Origin: Octopus sinensis
Lineage: Eukaryota
Length of the DNA stretch: 64,000 nucleotides
Direction of reading: 5' to 3'
Assembly (NCBI RefSeq): GCF_006345805.1
Contig: NC_042998.1
Span: 29,140,001-29,204,000 of the forward strand
The position numbers and the translations under genes are program-made. The notes beneath the pieces were generated by a model. That model searched no databases. It was not told the DNA's origin and saw nothing but the letters and a program-made list of their open reading frames with translations. How positions within the stretch are numbered: the stretch's first letter is position 1; every line of letters begins with the position of its first letter. Below are positions 51,794 through 63,826 of the stretch, piece after piece.

Positions 51794-52012
51794 TGTGTAT
51801 GTGGGTATGTGCGTGTGGCTATACAACACACTCATTATCAGCTTATATTAGTGAATATCTGAACATCAAAAAGTATAAAAATCAAGTAGCCCAGATTCCA
51901 TTTCTAAGAACATTCTAGATTCTGCAAAACTTAATAACGTCAATCAGCATATATATTAGTCCAATTTTAAGAATTCCGTGTGCGTATACGCCTGCGTATA
52001 TATAAATACTAT

Positions 52013-52054
<42 letters not shown>

Positions 52055-52210
52055 TGTGTGTGTGTGTGTGTGTGGTGTGTGTGTGTGTGTATGGTGTGTG
52101 TATGTAAGATATATATGCATATATATATGAATATATATACATACGTATATATCTATATATGTGTGTACATCTATGTATATGTATATATATATATATATAT
52201 GTGTACATAT

Positions 52211-53323
52211 ATTGATTGATTGATTGATTGATTCTAGTTTCAGCTTATGAGCTGTGGCCATGCTGGGGCACCGCCATTTGGTGTTGCTACTTGGTTTCAC
52301 TTCATGGAGGCTTTCTAGCAACTGCTATTTGGTGCATGAGAGAGTTCGATGTAGCTGCCCTCATCTGCCCCTCCTGCCGTGAAGTTGGTTCATCTGGGAC
52401 ACCTGACAGGAAGAGATCCAGCTCCATTTTAAAGACATCTGTATCCACCCCATGCAGGTCTCTCAGGTTCTTCGGGAGGATATTGAAGAGCTGTGGGCCT
52501 CGGAAGCCCAGGCTATCATAGAATCTTGTCCTACATCTTGATGGCAAGTTTGGAGTCCTAGGCACCACGCAGTGGCGCCCAGTTCTGGCATTTGCGTAAC
52601 TCTCGATGCCAAAGTTCAGGACACTTCCCTCCAGGATCTTCCAGATGTATATTATGGCATATCTTTCCCGCCTACGCTCCAGGGAATATAATTTTAATCT
52701 CTTGAGTCTGTCCCAGTAGCTTACATTCTGCATAGAGGCTATCTTCTTCGTGTAGCTTCGTTGGATCGCCTCAAGTTCTGTGATCAACTTGACACTGGAT
52801 GGTGACCATAGCTGAGAGCAATAGTCAAAGTGATTAGGACAAGTGTCTTCCGAGGACCATCATGGTTTCTTGTTCTCTGTTCTAAAGGTTCTAAGAATCC
52901 ATCCAGCCAGCCGTCTGCATTTCATTGTCAGTTTAGCAACATGTACATGAAAGGTCGCGTCATCACTCATGTGAATACCCAGGTCACGCACCGACTGTGC
53001 CTCCGGGATTGCATCTCTCCGGGTCCAGTGTATTCCTTGGGATTGCATTCAGTTTTGCATGCTGATAGTATTATAAAGCTTGAAAACTTTTCAGCATTGA
53101 ACTGCATGTATTCTTTTCAGCCCACTTGTATATTCGTCCAGCTCATATTGCAGGGTGCCTAGTGTCTTCAGGGTGGTGTATTGCCTGTGAAACTTTTGTA
53201 TCATCTGCATAACTTGTGATCGTGGCTCTCCGCGTGGCTGAGGGCATGTCTGAGAGGGCCATTATGAACAGTAGTGGTCCCAAAAACAGTGCCCTGTGGA
53301 ACACCGCTCACTATTTTCGTGCT
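52211..53323 (-). mobile_element. CR1-like LINE, 3' 1.1 kb including RT core; 5'-truncated, frameshifted
   Basis: SGVPQG..GPLLF, SYADDTK (about 53200), VRDLGIHM, ELEAIQRSYTKKI, LYSLERRRERY, GFRGPQLFNILP; (AATC)n tail at 52211-52232. Confidence 0.95.
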
Positions 53324-53408
53324 AATGGAATATAATGGAATATATATGTTATGTATAAATATATATATATAGTTATATATAAATATATGTATATATATGT
53401 GTCGTGTA

Positions 53409-53443
<35 letters not shown>

Positions 53444-53547
53444 ATGATATATATATGTACCAATATGTATATATATGTATATATATCTATTGAAGATATA
53501 CAAAATAGGTGCTCAATTCATGCCTGTTGATTATACGGCTGCAAACC

Positions 53548-53598
53548 TTTATCTGATGAAATTATGCCTAAAGGACATAGTATGAAACATGTAATAGA
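53548..53598 (+). ncRNA. Minimal type-I hammerhead ribozyme candidate (canonical core)
   Basis: TTTAT-CTGATGA-[AATTATGCC TAAA GGACATAGTAT]-GAAAC-ATGT-A-ATAGA: 5-bp stem I, stem II with bulges, ACATGT palindrome, GUA triplet. Confidence 0.7.
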
Positions 53599-53882
53599 CC
53601 TTAGAAATGGGATGAAGGAAGTGTATATTGGAGTTGTAAAGTAAGAATTGATTAATATATTCTTCTAAGGTGTTTAGTCAAAGAAAATATCAAGTAGATA
53701 TATTCGTTATAAATGTTATATATTGTGATATGTCCATCTATATTAAAGCAATAGAAAATTAGTATGTAAATTTTTATTCAAGTATGTAAAGTTATTATTC
53801 ATATTTAATTAAGGTGCAAGTCACTCTAGGCAATCTATTATTGTAAGTATCGTACGGGTTAAAAGATTTATAAGATATATAT

Positions 53883-54290
53883 ACTCTTTTACTCTTTTAC
53901 TGGTTTCAGTCATTTGACTGCGGCCATGCTGGAGCACCGCCTTTAATCGAGCAAATCGACCCCATCACTTATTCTATTGCAAGCCCAGTACTTATTCTAT
54001 CGGTCTCTTTTGCCGTACCGCTAAGTAACGGGGACATAAACACACCAGCATTGGTTGTCAAGCAATGCTAGGAGGACAAACACAGACACACAAACAACAC
54101 ATGCTATATATATATATATATTATATATATATACGACGGGCTTCTTCAGTTCCGTCTAACAAATCCACTCACAAGGCTTTGGTCGGCCAAGGCTATAGTA
54201 GAGACACTTGCCAAGGTGCCACGCAGTGGGACTGAACCCGGAACCATTTGGTTGGTAAAACAAGCTACTTACACACAGCCTCCTGCTCCT
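53883..54290 (-). mobile_element. SINE family B, full length
   Basis: Tail (TACTCTTT)n through head CTACTTACACACAGCC. Confidence 0.92.
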
Positions 54291-54637
54291 ATGGGAAATT
54301 TTATAAAGTTTTTTCGATCAATTGGGGCGTTTATTCATTATACCTTTCAATTTATTTTCCCTTTCGTCTTAGTGTTACCTGAATAATTCTATTATAGTAC
54401 TACTTTTATTCTTCTCTTTAAATAAATTAATTTTCGGTTTAACGAAATTATTAAAATTATCTACACACACACATAGGATATATGATATATATAATATATA
54501 TATATATTTATATATATATATATATATATAACATATATATATATATATTTAAGTATTATATATATATATTATATATATAAATTATAGGTGTAAATTATCT
54601 TTAATTCATAATCCAAGTTGGTACAGAACCAATATAC

Positions 54638-54728
54638 ATTCTACAAATTCTTTCGGAGCCTAATTAATTCCAAAGACAAAAACGAAACACTCTTCATGAG
54701 ATAAAAAATTAGATTCCTCGTCAGGAAT
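54638..54728 (-). ncRNA. Hammerhead-like motif, left arm (CUGACGA core)
   Basis: Minus: ATTC-CTGACGA-GGAATCTAATT...AATTAGGCTCC-GAAA-GAATTT-GTA-GAAT; 11-bp stem II with one mismatch; stem III imperfect. Confidence 0.55.
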
Positions 54729-55246
54729 TACATACTGGCCTGAATAATTACGATCAACAAAAATATACAAAGACCTTTCGTTGCCCAGACGGGAACGAAC
54801 AAATAAATGTAAGATAACAAGAACGTCAGATATTCAAAACCATAAATATATATATATAAACCACTTCAGCGTTTTATTAACATTACTTTTAACGATATGT
54901 AAATATCTAAAAAAGACAGATAAATTTAATGAAGAAAAATTAACCAGAAAAATATTAGGGTTATCTAATCAAAAATTAAAAATCAATAACTACAAACCGA
55001 TATATCCTCCACTAAAAAGTAATAAATGTCCCAATTTAAACTTAATAATATGGTAATATCAAACGAAAATAAGAATAGCCTTCTGCAAGTAAATCAGTAT
55101 TACTATTTTCTCTCTTCTCTCTTCAATGATACTACTTTTTCACTTTATCCGTTCTTGTTATCTCGCATTTATTTGTTCTTTCCCGTCTGGGCTAAGAAAG
55201 GTCTTTGTATATTTTTATTGATCATAATTATTCATAGCAGCATGTA

Positions 55247-55337
55247 ATTTCTGACGAGAAATCTATTTTTTATTTGATGAAGAGTTTTTCGTTTTTGTCT
55301 TTGGAATTAATTAGACTCCGAAAGAATTTGTAGAAAG
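55247..55337 (+). ncRNA. Hammerhead-like motif, right arm
   Basis: ATTT-CTGACGA-GAAATCTATTT...AATTAGACTCC-GAAA-GAATTT-GTA-GAAA; more mismatches than the left copy. Confidence 0.45.
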
Positions 55338-55852
55338 TATATTGCTTCTGTACTAACTTGGATTACGAATTAAGATTCGTCTACACTTACAATTTCTCCT
55401 TTCCTTATACTTCATTTATATATATATATATATATTATAAAATATATATATACATCACACGTTATATATACATACTCATACATATACATGCATATCATCA
55501 TCCATCAACATACATACTAACGCAATCCATACATACTACATACTATACATACATACATACATACATACATACATACATACATACATACATACATGCGTGC
55601 TTGTGTGCATCTATATATGTACGTACGTGTGTGCATACACACACACATATATATATACATACATATTTTTCATTTATTAGCATAAACTAGGCTTACAACT
55701 GTTTCCAGTAGTCATTGTAGGTACGTCTTCCCATATTCTCTTTATCTCTAATCCACTTACCGTCTTCTTTCTCTTTTCCTATCTCCATCATACAAGCACC
55801 ATGTCCGCAGTCTAATGACTGACACAAGTAAGAGAATATAAACAATACATAT

Positions 55853-56237
55853 AGGCGCACGAGTAGCTGTGTGGTAAGAAGCTTGCCTCCCAAACACATG
55901 GTTCCAGTTTAAGTTCCACTGCGTGACACCTTGCGCAAGTGTCTTCTACTACAGCCTCGAGTCGACCAAAGCGTTGTGAGTAGATTTGGTAGACAGAAAC
56001 TGAAAGAAGCCCACCGTATATATATACATATATGTATGTATTTGTGTGTCAGTTTTTGTTCCCTCCCCATCGCTTGACGATCGATGTTGCTGTGTTTACG
56101 TTCCTGTAACTTAGCGATTTGGCAAACGATACCGATAGACTATGTACTAGGCTTACGAAGAATAAATCCTGGAGTTGATTTGTTCGACTATAGGTGGTGC
56201 TCCAGCATGACCGCAGTCAAATTACTGAAACAAGAAT
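55853..56237 (+). mobile_element. SINE family B
   Basis: Head GCTGTGTGGTAAGAAGCTTGC to tail CTCCAGCATGACCGCAGTC; a separate tail remnant lies at about 55790-55835. Confidence 0.88.
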
Positions 56238-56243
56238 ACACAT

Positions 56244-56303
<60 letters not shown>

Positions 56304-56934
56304 ATACACACACACACATATTCATATAATCTCAGCTTTGCTGCGATTAGTAAACAAACTGGTCACACAAGAGTTTTCCTGTTTTCAGTAAAACAAAACA
56401 AAAAAATAAAAGAACAAAGCAAAACAGATATTGATCTACTTTGATGTCATCAGAGAGAAAATATCAGTCTATTGGTAACAGAGATTGGTAGGTCATATTT
56501 ATTTATAGAGTAAACAAGCTACAACTCACGTGAACAAGGTCAAGCTAATTTGCTTAACAGGGCAGTCGCCAACCGCGTGGATTAATTCATTTCTTTATGG
56601 TGCACTTTAGAGGTTGGTGTAGAGCGTGTTTGTATTATCTAGGCGTAGTTTTGTACTCTTAACACTTCCATTAATTAAGCGACATATGAGAATACACGTA
56701 GCTATGTGTGGTGGTGGTAGTGCTGGTGGTAGTGGTGCTGGTGCTGGTGCGGATATCGAAATTCGTGATATTTTAACGACAATTGATGAGTGATTGGAAA
56801 ATGCTTGCGACTGTTGTGTGACCGTCTTTCGTTTTCTCATCAATTTCTTCCTCGAATCTCTCATGGCCGCCCTTTCCGTTAATAACTATTTGTAACTAAA
56901 CCCAGTTTCTCTGACACTGGTTTCTTTCTCGTAT

Positions 56935-57165
56935 AAAAACCTCTTTCTTTCTCCCTCCCTTTCTTTCTTTCTTACTCCCTCCCTCCCCCCTTTCTTTCTT
57001 TCTTTCTTTCTTTCTTCTTTCTTTCTCCCTCCCCCTCCCTCTCTTTCTTTCTCCCTCCCTCCTTGTCTTTCTACCTTTTTTCTTTCTCTTTCTTTCTTTC
57101 TTTCTTTCTTTTTCCCTCCCTCCCTCTCTGTCTTTCTACCTTTCATTCTTTCTCTTTCTTTCTTA
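56935..57165 (+). repeat. Polypyrimidine (CTTT/CTCC) tract
   Basis: Directly visible. Confidence 0.93.
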
Positions 57166-58312
57166 ATACCTACATTACAGTTATTGTTTGCATCCATTTA
57201 TCTTTCTATCATTGTATATTCTACTCATCCTTCCATTTTCGAATTTATCTCTACATATTTCTGTCTATTCCCTATTTCCCTTCCCAACCTGTTTTTTTTT
57301 CTTTTTCTCTCTGTAACACACACACACACACACACACACACAACACACACACACATTTCGTTTTTGGATTTGGTTTGCAAGATTCTTTATATGAGTTCGT
57401 GTGTTGAAGCATATTCTGTTGTGTCTGGGGAGAGTCATTTTCTTTTTGTGCCTTTTTTAACACACTCACCGGTGAAATTTCCACTTATTCCTTATTTTTA
57501 TTTTCCTAAAATTTTCTTTGCGTCTTGCAACCTTTATCAATAGTCAATATATATGCATATGCTGATGGTGTCACTTAGTAAGAAGGCAGCAGTAGTGGCC
57601 ATGACATCTTGTAAAATATCAAAAATTGTGGAAGGTCAAGAACAAGACGAAGCGGGAATCCTAACCGAATACTTACCACATAGATTTTCACTTCTAAAAG
57701 TTATTACTTCAGATTTTCAAGAGAAATTAGAGTCAGTACTGAAAGTCATCACGTTTCATATACGAATACGTCAATGTAAAAAATGCGATCGAATATAGAG
57801 AAATAGGGGATGGGTATACATGCATATTTCAGAAGTTGTTGCTCATTCTTCAGTACCACATGCGGTAAAGTCCCTGAAACCGCATGACTACTTAAATTTA
57901 TCACGAAGTTATGCTGTAGCGGGATTTGAACTTACAACACTGAGAGCCAGAACAAATACCAAAAATGCATAACATCCAAACGGATGATAACTCCACCAGT
58001 TTACCGCCTTCAACTGGAACCCTTATTTATCGACCGGAAATTCTGTCTCGAATTTTATCAGCTGAAACACGTCGGATAAAATATCCCAAGATATATCACC
58101 AGGTCCTCTTACGACTGTGTGATGGCACTTTCTCGCATATCAAATAACCACAGCAAGGTGGACTGGAGGTTGTTGACAACATGTTGTTAATGAAAATTAA
58201 TGACTTTTAAAATAATGTCGATTATTGCAAGATTATGCCCATCTATTCAACGAGTGAATTGTCAATAACGAGTGAGTGTTAAATAAGATTGACTAACATA
58301 CTTTTATTTTCA

Positions 58313-58691
58313 TTACTTTTATTTGTTTCAGTCATTTGACTGTGGCAATGCTGGAGCACCGCCTTTAGTCGAGCAAATCGACCCCAGGACTTATTCTTTG
58401 TAAGCCTAGTACTTATTCTATCGGTCCCTCGGGGACGTAAACACACCAGCATCGGTTGTCAAGCGATGTTGGGAGGACAAGCACAGACACACAAACATAT
58501 ACATACAGACACACACACACATATATAAGACAGGCTTCTTTCAGTTTCCGTCTTCCAAATCCACTCACCAGGCTTTGGTCGGCCCAAGGCTATAGTAGAA
58601 GATACTTGCCCAAGGTGCCACGCAGTGGGACTGAACCCGCAACCATGTGGTTCGTAAGCAAGCTACTTACCACACAGCCAATCCTGCGCCT
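58313..58691 (-). mobile_element. SINE family B, full length
   Basis: Reverse complement of the family consensus seen elsewhere in the window. Confidence 0.92.
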
Positions 58692-58749
58692 TTAAACATA
58701 GTTTAAAATCTTCAATTTTCAATTTGGTTGAGAGAAATGCAACAAAATA

Positions 58750-59716
58750 ATATTCGTTTCTACTTTAAGCACAAGGCCCGAAATTTTTGGGAAGGGGGAG
58801 TCAGTCGATTAGATCGACCCCAGTACGCAACTGGTACTTAATTTATTGACCCCGAAAGGTGAAAGGCAAAATCGACCTCGTCGTAATTTGAACTCAGAAC
58901 GGAAAGACAGACAAAATATGATATATTCTCTTCTACTCTAGGTACAAGGCCTGGAATCTTTGGGGAGAGCGCCAGTCGATTAGATCGACTTCAGTACGCA
59001 ACTGGTACATAATTTATCGATCCCGAAAGGATGAAAGACAAAGTCGACCTCGGCGGAATTTGAACTCAACGTAGACAGACAAAATACGATATATATTCTT
59101 TTCTACCCTTTGCACAAGGTCCGAAGTTTTGGGGGAGGAGGCCAGTCGATTAAATCGACCCTAGTTCACAACTGGTACTTAATATTTCGCCCCCGAAAGG
59201 ATGAAAGGCAAAAATCGACCTCGGCGGAATTTGAACTCAACGTAAAGACACGAAATACCTATTTCTTTACTACCCACAAGGGGCTAAACACAGAGGAGAC
59301 AAACAAAGACAGACAAACGGATTAAGTCGATTACATCGACCCCAGTGCGTAACTGGTACTTATTTAATCGACCCCGAAAGGGATGAAAGACAAAGTTGAC
59401 CTCGGCGGAATTTGAACTCAGAACGTAACAGCAGACGAAATACCGCTAAGCATTTCGCCTGGCGTGCTAACGTTTCTACCAGCTCTCCGCCTTTCAACAA
59501 AATAATAATTATTTCTTTATTGCCCACAGGGAGCTAAACATAGAGGAGACAAACAAGGACAAACAAAGGGATTAAGTCAATTATATCGACCCCAGTGCGT
59601 AACCCCCGAAAGGCAAAGTCGACCTCGACGGAATATGAGCCCAGAAAGTAAAGACAGACGAAATACTGCTAAACATTTCGCCCGGCCTGCTTTCGAGTCT
59701 GCCAGCTCGCCGCCTT
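58750..59716 (-). mobile_element. Head-to-tail array of five SINE family A units
   Basis: Core TCGACCCC(GAAAGG)...GTCGACCTCG(G/A)CGGAAT.TGA recurs five times at about 180-240 bp spacing; two tail types. Confidence 0.92.
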
Positions 59717-59898
59717 CAAAATAATAATAAAGAAATTATATAAAATGTGCAGCGCTGAAATACGAACTCACGACACCGCATTAACAAAACCATACTTTTC
59801 CAGCTAAAAATAAAAGAATAACGCAACAATCAACTTAAGTGGTTTTTCTTTTTTTTTTTCCAGTTACAAAATAGTTCAGTTATAATTGCATTTAACAG

Positions 59899-61000
59899 CA
59901 TTTGTAGCTTGCCATGCATGTGGCATCGATCGTTTAGAAGAACTTGATGAGAGAATTCCATCATTATCAACTACAGCTAATTTGGAAGTACATAGAAAAA
60001 GCGTAGCGGTTACAAAATGTTATTGCCACAATCTTAATGAAAGAACAAATTGAAGGCATACGTAATAATCAGTTCGCCTTGATTTTGAATGTTAAAAGTG
60101 AAATTTCTTGTGAAAGGAAATTTATTCTTGTCTCAGATATTACTATAAACGATTAAATGAAATTGTATCACAGGTTTAGGGTTAATTCCTGTTAGAAATA
60201 TTACTGATAAACTGAATCGTGTGAGAAATTTTTAGAGCTATGCTATGCTGGTGAAAATTGTTTTATTATTGCAACAGAGGGAGCTTCAAAACTTTGTGGC
60301 ATTATTGTTCTATGCGTTAATGAAATTAGGTAATTTAAAGCAGATTCTCATAAAATGCATCTGCCACTCCTTCCATGAAGAATCTCCCATGTTAGTGAAG
60401 GACTACTTTCTAGCATTGATTTTTTTCTGTTGAGAGTAACAACTAGTTCCACAGATCAGCGTAGCGAATAAAATCTTACAATGAAAATATATAAGTTAAT
60501 CAATAGAGGTGGGGGAGCCATTGCAAATATAATCCCGTTCACCCACATAACGGCCATCAAGAACTATGCAAAAAAAAAAAAATTAATAACAAATTGTTAG
60601 CTAATGTGATGCACTAAAATTACATTTTGAAGTGAATTCTTGTTGCGACGAGTATTAAGGAAATCACACGTTATGGACTCAGATGCACCTAATGTAATTT
60701 ATCTAACATTTATGAGACAAATGTTGACTGAATTTGAAAAGCATATATATTCTGTTATAAAATAAACCGATAAATCATTGTAGATCAGTTTTATATTGTC
60801 TACGCAAAAAGATGCTTTTTATTCACAATACGTGAATCTTGGAACGAATTTAGTCACATAACTTCCTATGGGAAAACTTCATTTTATATATGAATTTTCT
60901 AAACCCTTGGTCTGTAAAATTTCATCAGAATTTTGGAGTAAAGCTAGGAAAGTTGGAAATGTAGCAAGTGAATCTAGATTGCCAGATATGTTTCAATAAA
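59899..61000 (+). mobile_element. Decayed hAT-superfamily transposase
   Basis: Ordered motifs across frameshifts: IDRLEEL..LEVHRK, IRNNQFALILNVKSEIS (FSL++DESTDIS-like), ATEGASKLCG, IKCICHSFH, DALKLHFEV, NVIYLTFMRQMLTEF. Confidence 0.75.
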
Positions 61001-61114
61001 CATTGGCTGACCATAAACACAAATAAGCAATAACGCGTTTGAATGATTTCTGAAGTAATCTCCGAATCGAAACAAAGAAATAGGTCGAGGCTGGATTTAT
61101 TTCTATTTATTTTA

Positions 61115-61535
61115 AGACATTAAATGTCTTGCAAACAACTTGCTCATGCAAGCGCTACCAGTCGAGAACTCCGCATACCAGAAGCCAGCAAGTGTATGGG
61201 GTCATCAGGAGAGAATGTGCGCCATTTTGGGGCCTACCTCTCGACGACATCAATGTGCACTGATATGAGGCCCCTGTTGCTAGATCAATATTTCTCTATC
61301 CATCACTCATTGTCTCTTTTTAACCAAATCCCATGGCTAGCCTTCTCCATTGTTGTTTGGATATTGGTGATGATGGCATTTACCTTACGATGAGTTAGGC
61401 CTAACGATAAAAACAGTCGTCTCACACTGTGTCCAACAAACCCTCTACATCCGACTTCGATTGGAAAATGCTCCGCTTTCCAGCCTGCGTCTTCACATTC
61501 CTCGAGGAGGTTTACATAATGGTCAACCTTTCATT
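61115..61535 (-). mobile_element. HERO-like non-LTR retrotransposon 3' end (restriction-like endonuclease C-terminus plus 3' UTR)
   Basis: Minus frame HYVNLLEECEDAGWKAEHFPIEVGCRGFVGHSVRRLFLSLG...MEKASHGIWLKRDNE* (stop at 61303) matches the HERO-type W...PVEVGCRGF...E.AS.W+W.KR pattern. Confidence 0.75.
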
Positions 61536-61768
61536 CCAGCCAAACCTGTATTGAAGTACGACCTAATAATCTACAAAAATATGGACAAAATTAGTGAGAA
61601 GGTAAATTAATTCTTCATTGTCAACCGAGGGACAAAACAAAGAGGGGACTATACAAAAGTCAGGATCCCACATTTCTTTAATACTGTTAAATTTTATCAA
61701 TTATTTATAAATGTATAGTGTAATTATAACGTCTTCATTTATGTTGTAAATTTATTCTATGTTATTGA

Positions 61769-61875
61769 GACCTGAAGAATGGATATGTATCGTTGGATCG
61801 AAGAAATATTAATTTTTGAGAATATCGTGTTTGATATTGTAAATTAAAATACATAGCCACGAAACGCGCGTCGTT
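61769..61875 (+). ncRNA. Hammerhead ribozyme candidate with long loop II
   Basis: GAC-CTGAAGA-ATGGATATGTAT...ATACATAGCCAC-GAAAC-GCGC-GTC-GTT: stem II 10 of 12 bp, ACGCGCGT palindrome, GUC triplet, 3-bp stem I. Confidence 0.62.
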
Positions 61876-62194
61876 GTTTTAATGTGTATTTTCTCAATGT
61901 GCATTAGTTAGTATAGAAATTTTTAGTACAATATTAATAATAATGTCGTGTGAATGTGTATTTTTTTAATGTATATTACTTAGTATAGAAATTTTTAGTA
62001 CAATGTTAATAATAATATGTTTAAATTTATATTTTATTATAGATATCTTTCATTATAAATTGAATTACTTTATGGAGGTTCTGTCTCTTAATTCTGTATA
62101 TATTTAATATATCATGAAATTTGATTTAGTATTACTAAATTGAGTTTGTTTTCCCCTGTTGCCTTGGAATTCTATATTCCCTACTATTAATAAT

Positions 62195-62226
<32 letters not shown>

Positions 62227-62599
62227 CATATATATATGTGAATATACAGATATGTATGTGTGTGTATGTGTGTGTGTTTGTGTTGAATGATGTGAGTAAC
62301 TTTACAAATAATTACTTAGACATAAAGCATTATTTTTATACATTTTAAAATAATCTGTCATATTAAAGTTTCAATATGACTCACTAATGTCAAAACAGAT
62401 ATTCTAGAGAAACACGGATCAATATATTTAATGGCTGAGATAAAGAGAACCGATTAATAATAGCAATCGTATCAACCGATAAAATGATGGCGATACAAAG
62501 TTTATTTGTTTGGGTAAGGCTACTTTATACTTACAACTTTAGAACCGCACAACATATCTCCCCATAACATACGGAATTTATCTTGTGGCTTTCAAATTA

Positions 62600-62688
62600 T
62601 TTTATTTCAGCAATAATGCTGGCATGTGTATATATAGATATATATATGTATTATATATATATATATATATTTATGAAAATACACCTTT

Positions 62689-62743
<55 letters not shown>

Positions 62744-62758
62744 GAAATTACACCTTAT

Positions 62759-62796
<38 letters not shown>

Positions 62797-62806
62797 ATAT
62801 TATATA

Positions 62807-62881
<75 letters not shown>

Positions 62882-62894
62882 GAAAATACACCTT

Positions 62895-62973
<79 letters not shown>

Positions 62974-63034
62974 TTATTATGAAAATACACCTTATATATA
63001 TATAATATTTATTTATTTATGAAAATACACCTTT

Positions 63035-63070
<36 letters not shown>
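62600..63070. repeat. (TA)n field with a repeated TTTATGAAAATACACCTT spacer (five units)
   Basis: Spacer at about 62672, 62740, 62878, 62978 and 63018. Confidence 0.92.
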
Positions 63071-63072
<2 letters not shown>

Positions 63073-63075
<3 letters not shown>

Positions 63076-63468
63076 ATGGTAAGTAGCTTGCTTACCAGCC
63101 ACACGGTTCTGCGTTCAGTCCCACCGCGTGGCACCTTGGGCAAGTGTCTTCTACTATAGCCTCGGGCCGACCAAGGCCTTGTGAGTGGATTTGGTAGACG
63201 GAAACTGAAAGAAGCCCGTCGTATATATGTATATATCTGTGTGTGTGTGTATGTTTGTGTGTGTGTGTTTGTCGCGCCAACATCGCTTGATGATCGATGG
63301 TGGTGTGTTTACGTCCCCGTAACTTAGTGGTTCGGCAAAAGAGACCGATAGAATAAGTACTAGGCTTCCAAAGAATAAGTCCTGGGGTCGATTTGCTCGA
63401 CTAAAGGCGGTGCTCCAGCATGGCTGCAGTCAAATGACTGAAACAAGTAAAAGAGTAAAGAGTAAAGA
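63073..63468 (+). mobile_element. SINE family B (head slightly truncated)
   Basis: Close to the family consensus; tail GAAACAAGTAAAAGAGTAAAGAGTAAAG. Confidence 0.92.
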
Positions 63469-63487
63469 TATATATATATATATATAT

Positions 63488-63826
63488 GAGGAGATCCCCT
63501 TCTGTTATTACTGACCATGTGATTGCACCTAGAAAGTTATCCTCCGAGGCACAAGTCCGAGCAAGGTTGTTTATGGAAGACCAATAGTCGCCCATGCATG
63601 CCAGCACTCCCACTCCACGCCACCGATGTTATCCAAGGGAAAGGCAAAGAGAACGATACAGCTTGGCATCAGTGACGTCGCAACTCAATTCTACAGCTGA
63701 GTGAACTGGAGAAACATGAAATAAAGTGTCTTGCTCAAGAACACAACGCGCAGCCTGGTCCAGGAACCGAACTCACAAACTCACGGTCGTAAGTTCGATG
63801 CTCTAACCACTGAGCCACGCGCCTTC
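63488..63826 (-). mobile_element. tRNA-derived SINE with a Nin/Deu-like block and a distinct 3' half
   Basis: Minus: GGCGCGTGGCTCAGTGGTTAGAGC...GTTCGGTTCC...TGTGTTCTTGAGCAAGACAC...CTCCAGTTCACTCAGCTGTAG. Confidence 0.87.

Larger units (their letters stand above)
54598..55375. repeat. Long inverted repeat (arms 54598-54825 and 55150-55375) carrying paired hammerhead-like motifs
   Basis: CTACAAATTCTTTCGGAG.CTAATTAATTCCAAAGACAAAAACGAAA vs its reverse complement at about 55287-55333; spacer about 325 bp; flanked by (TA)n. Confidence 0.92.

Noticed and set aside
59899-60053. Host exon with good acceptor and CxxC peptide
   Set aside because: Better explained as the upstream part of the decayed hAT transposase.
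61195-61215. CTGATGA in the HERO-like 3' UTR
   Set aside because: No downstream GAAA with closing stems on that strand.
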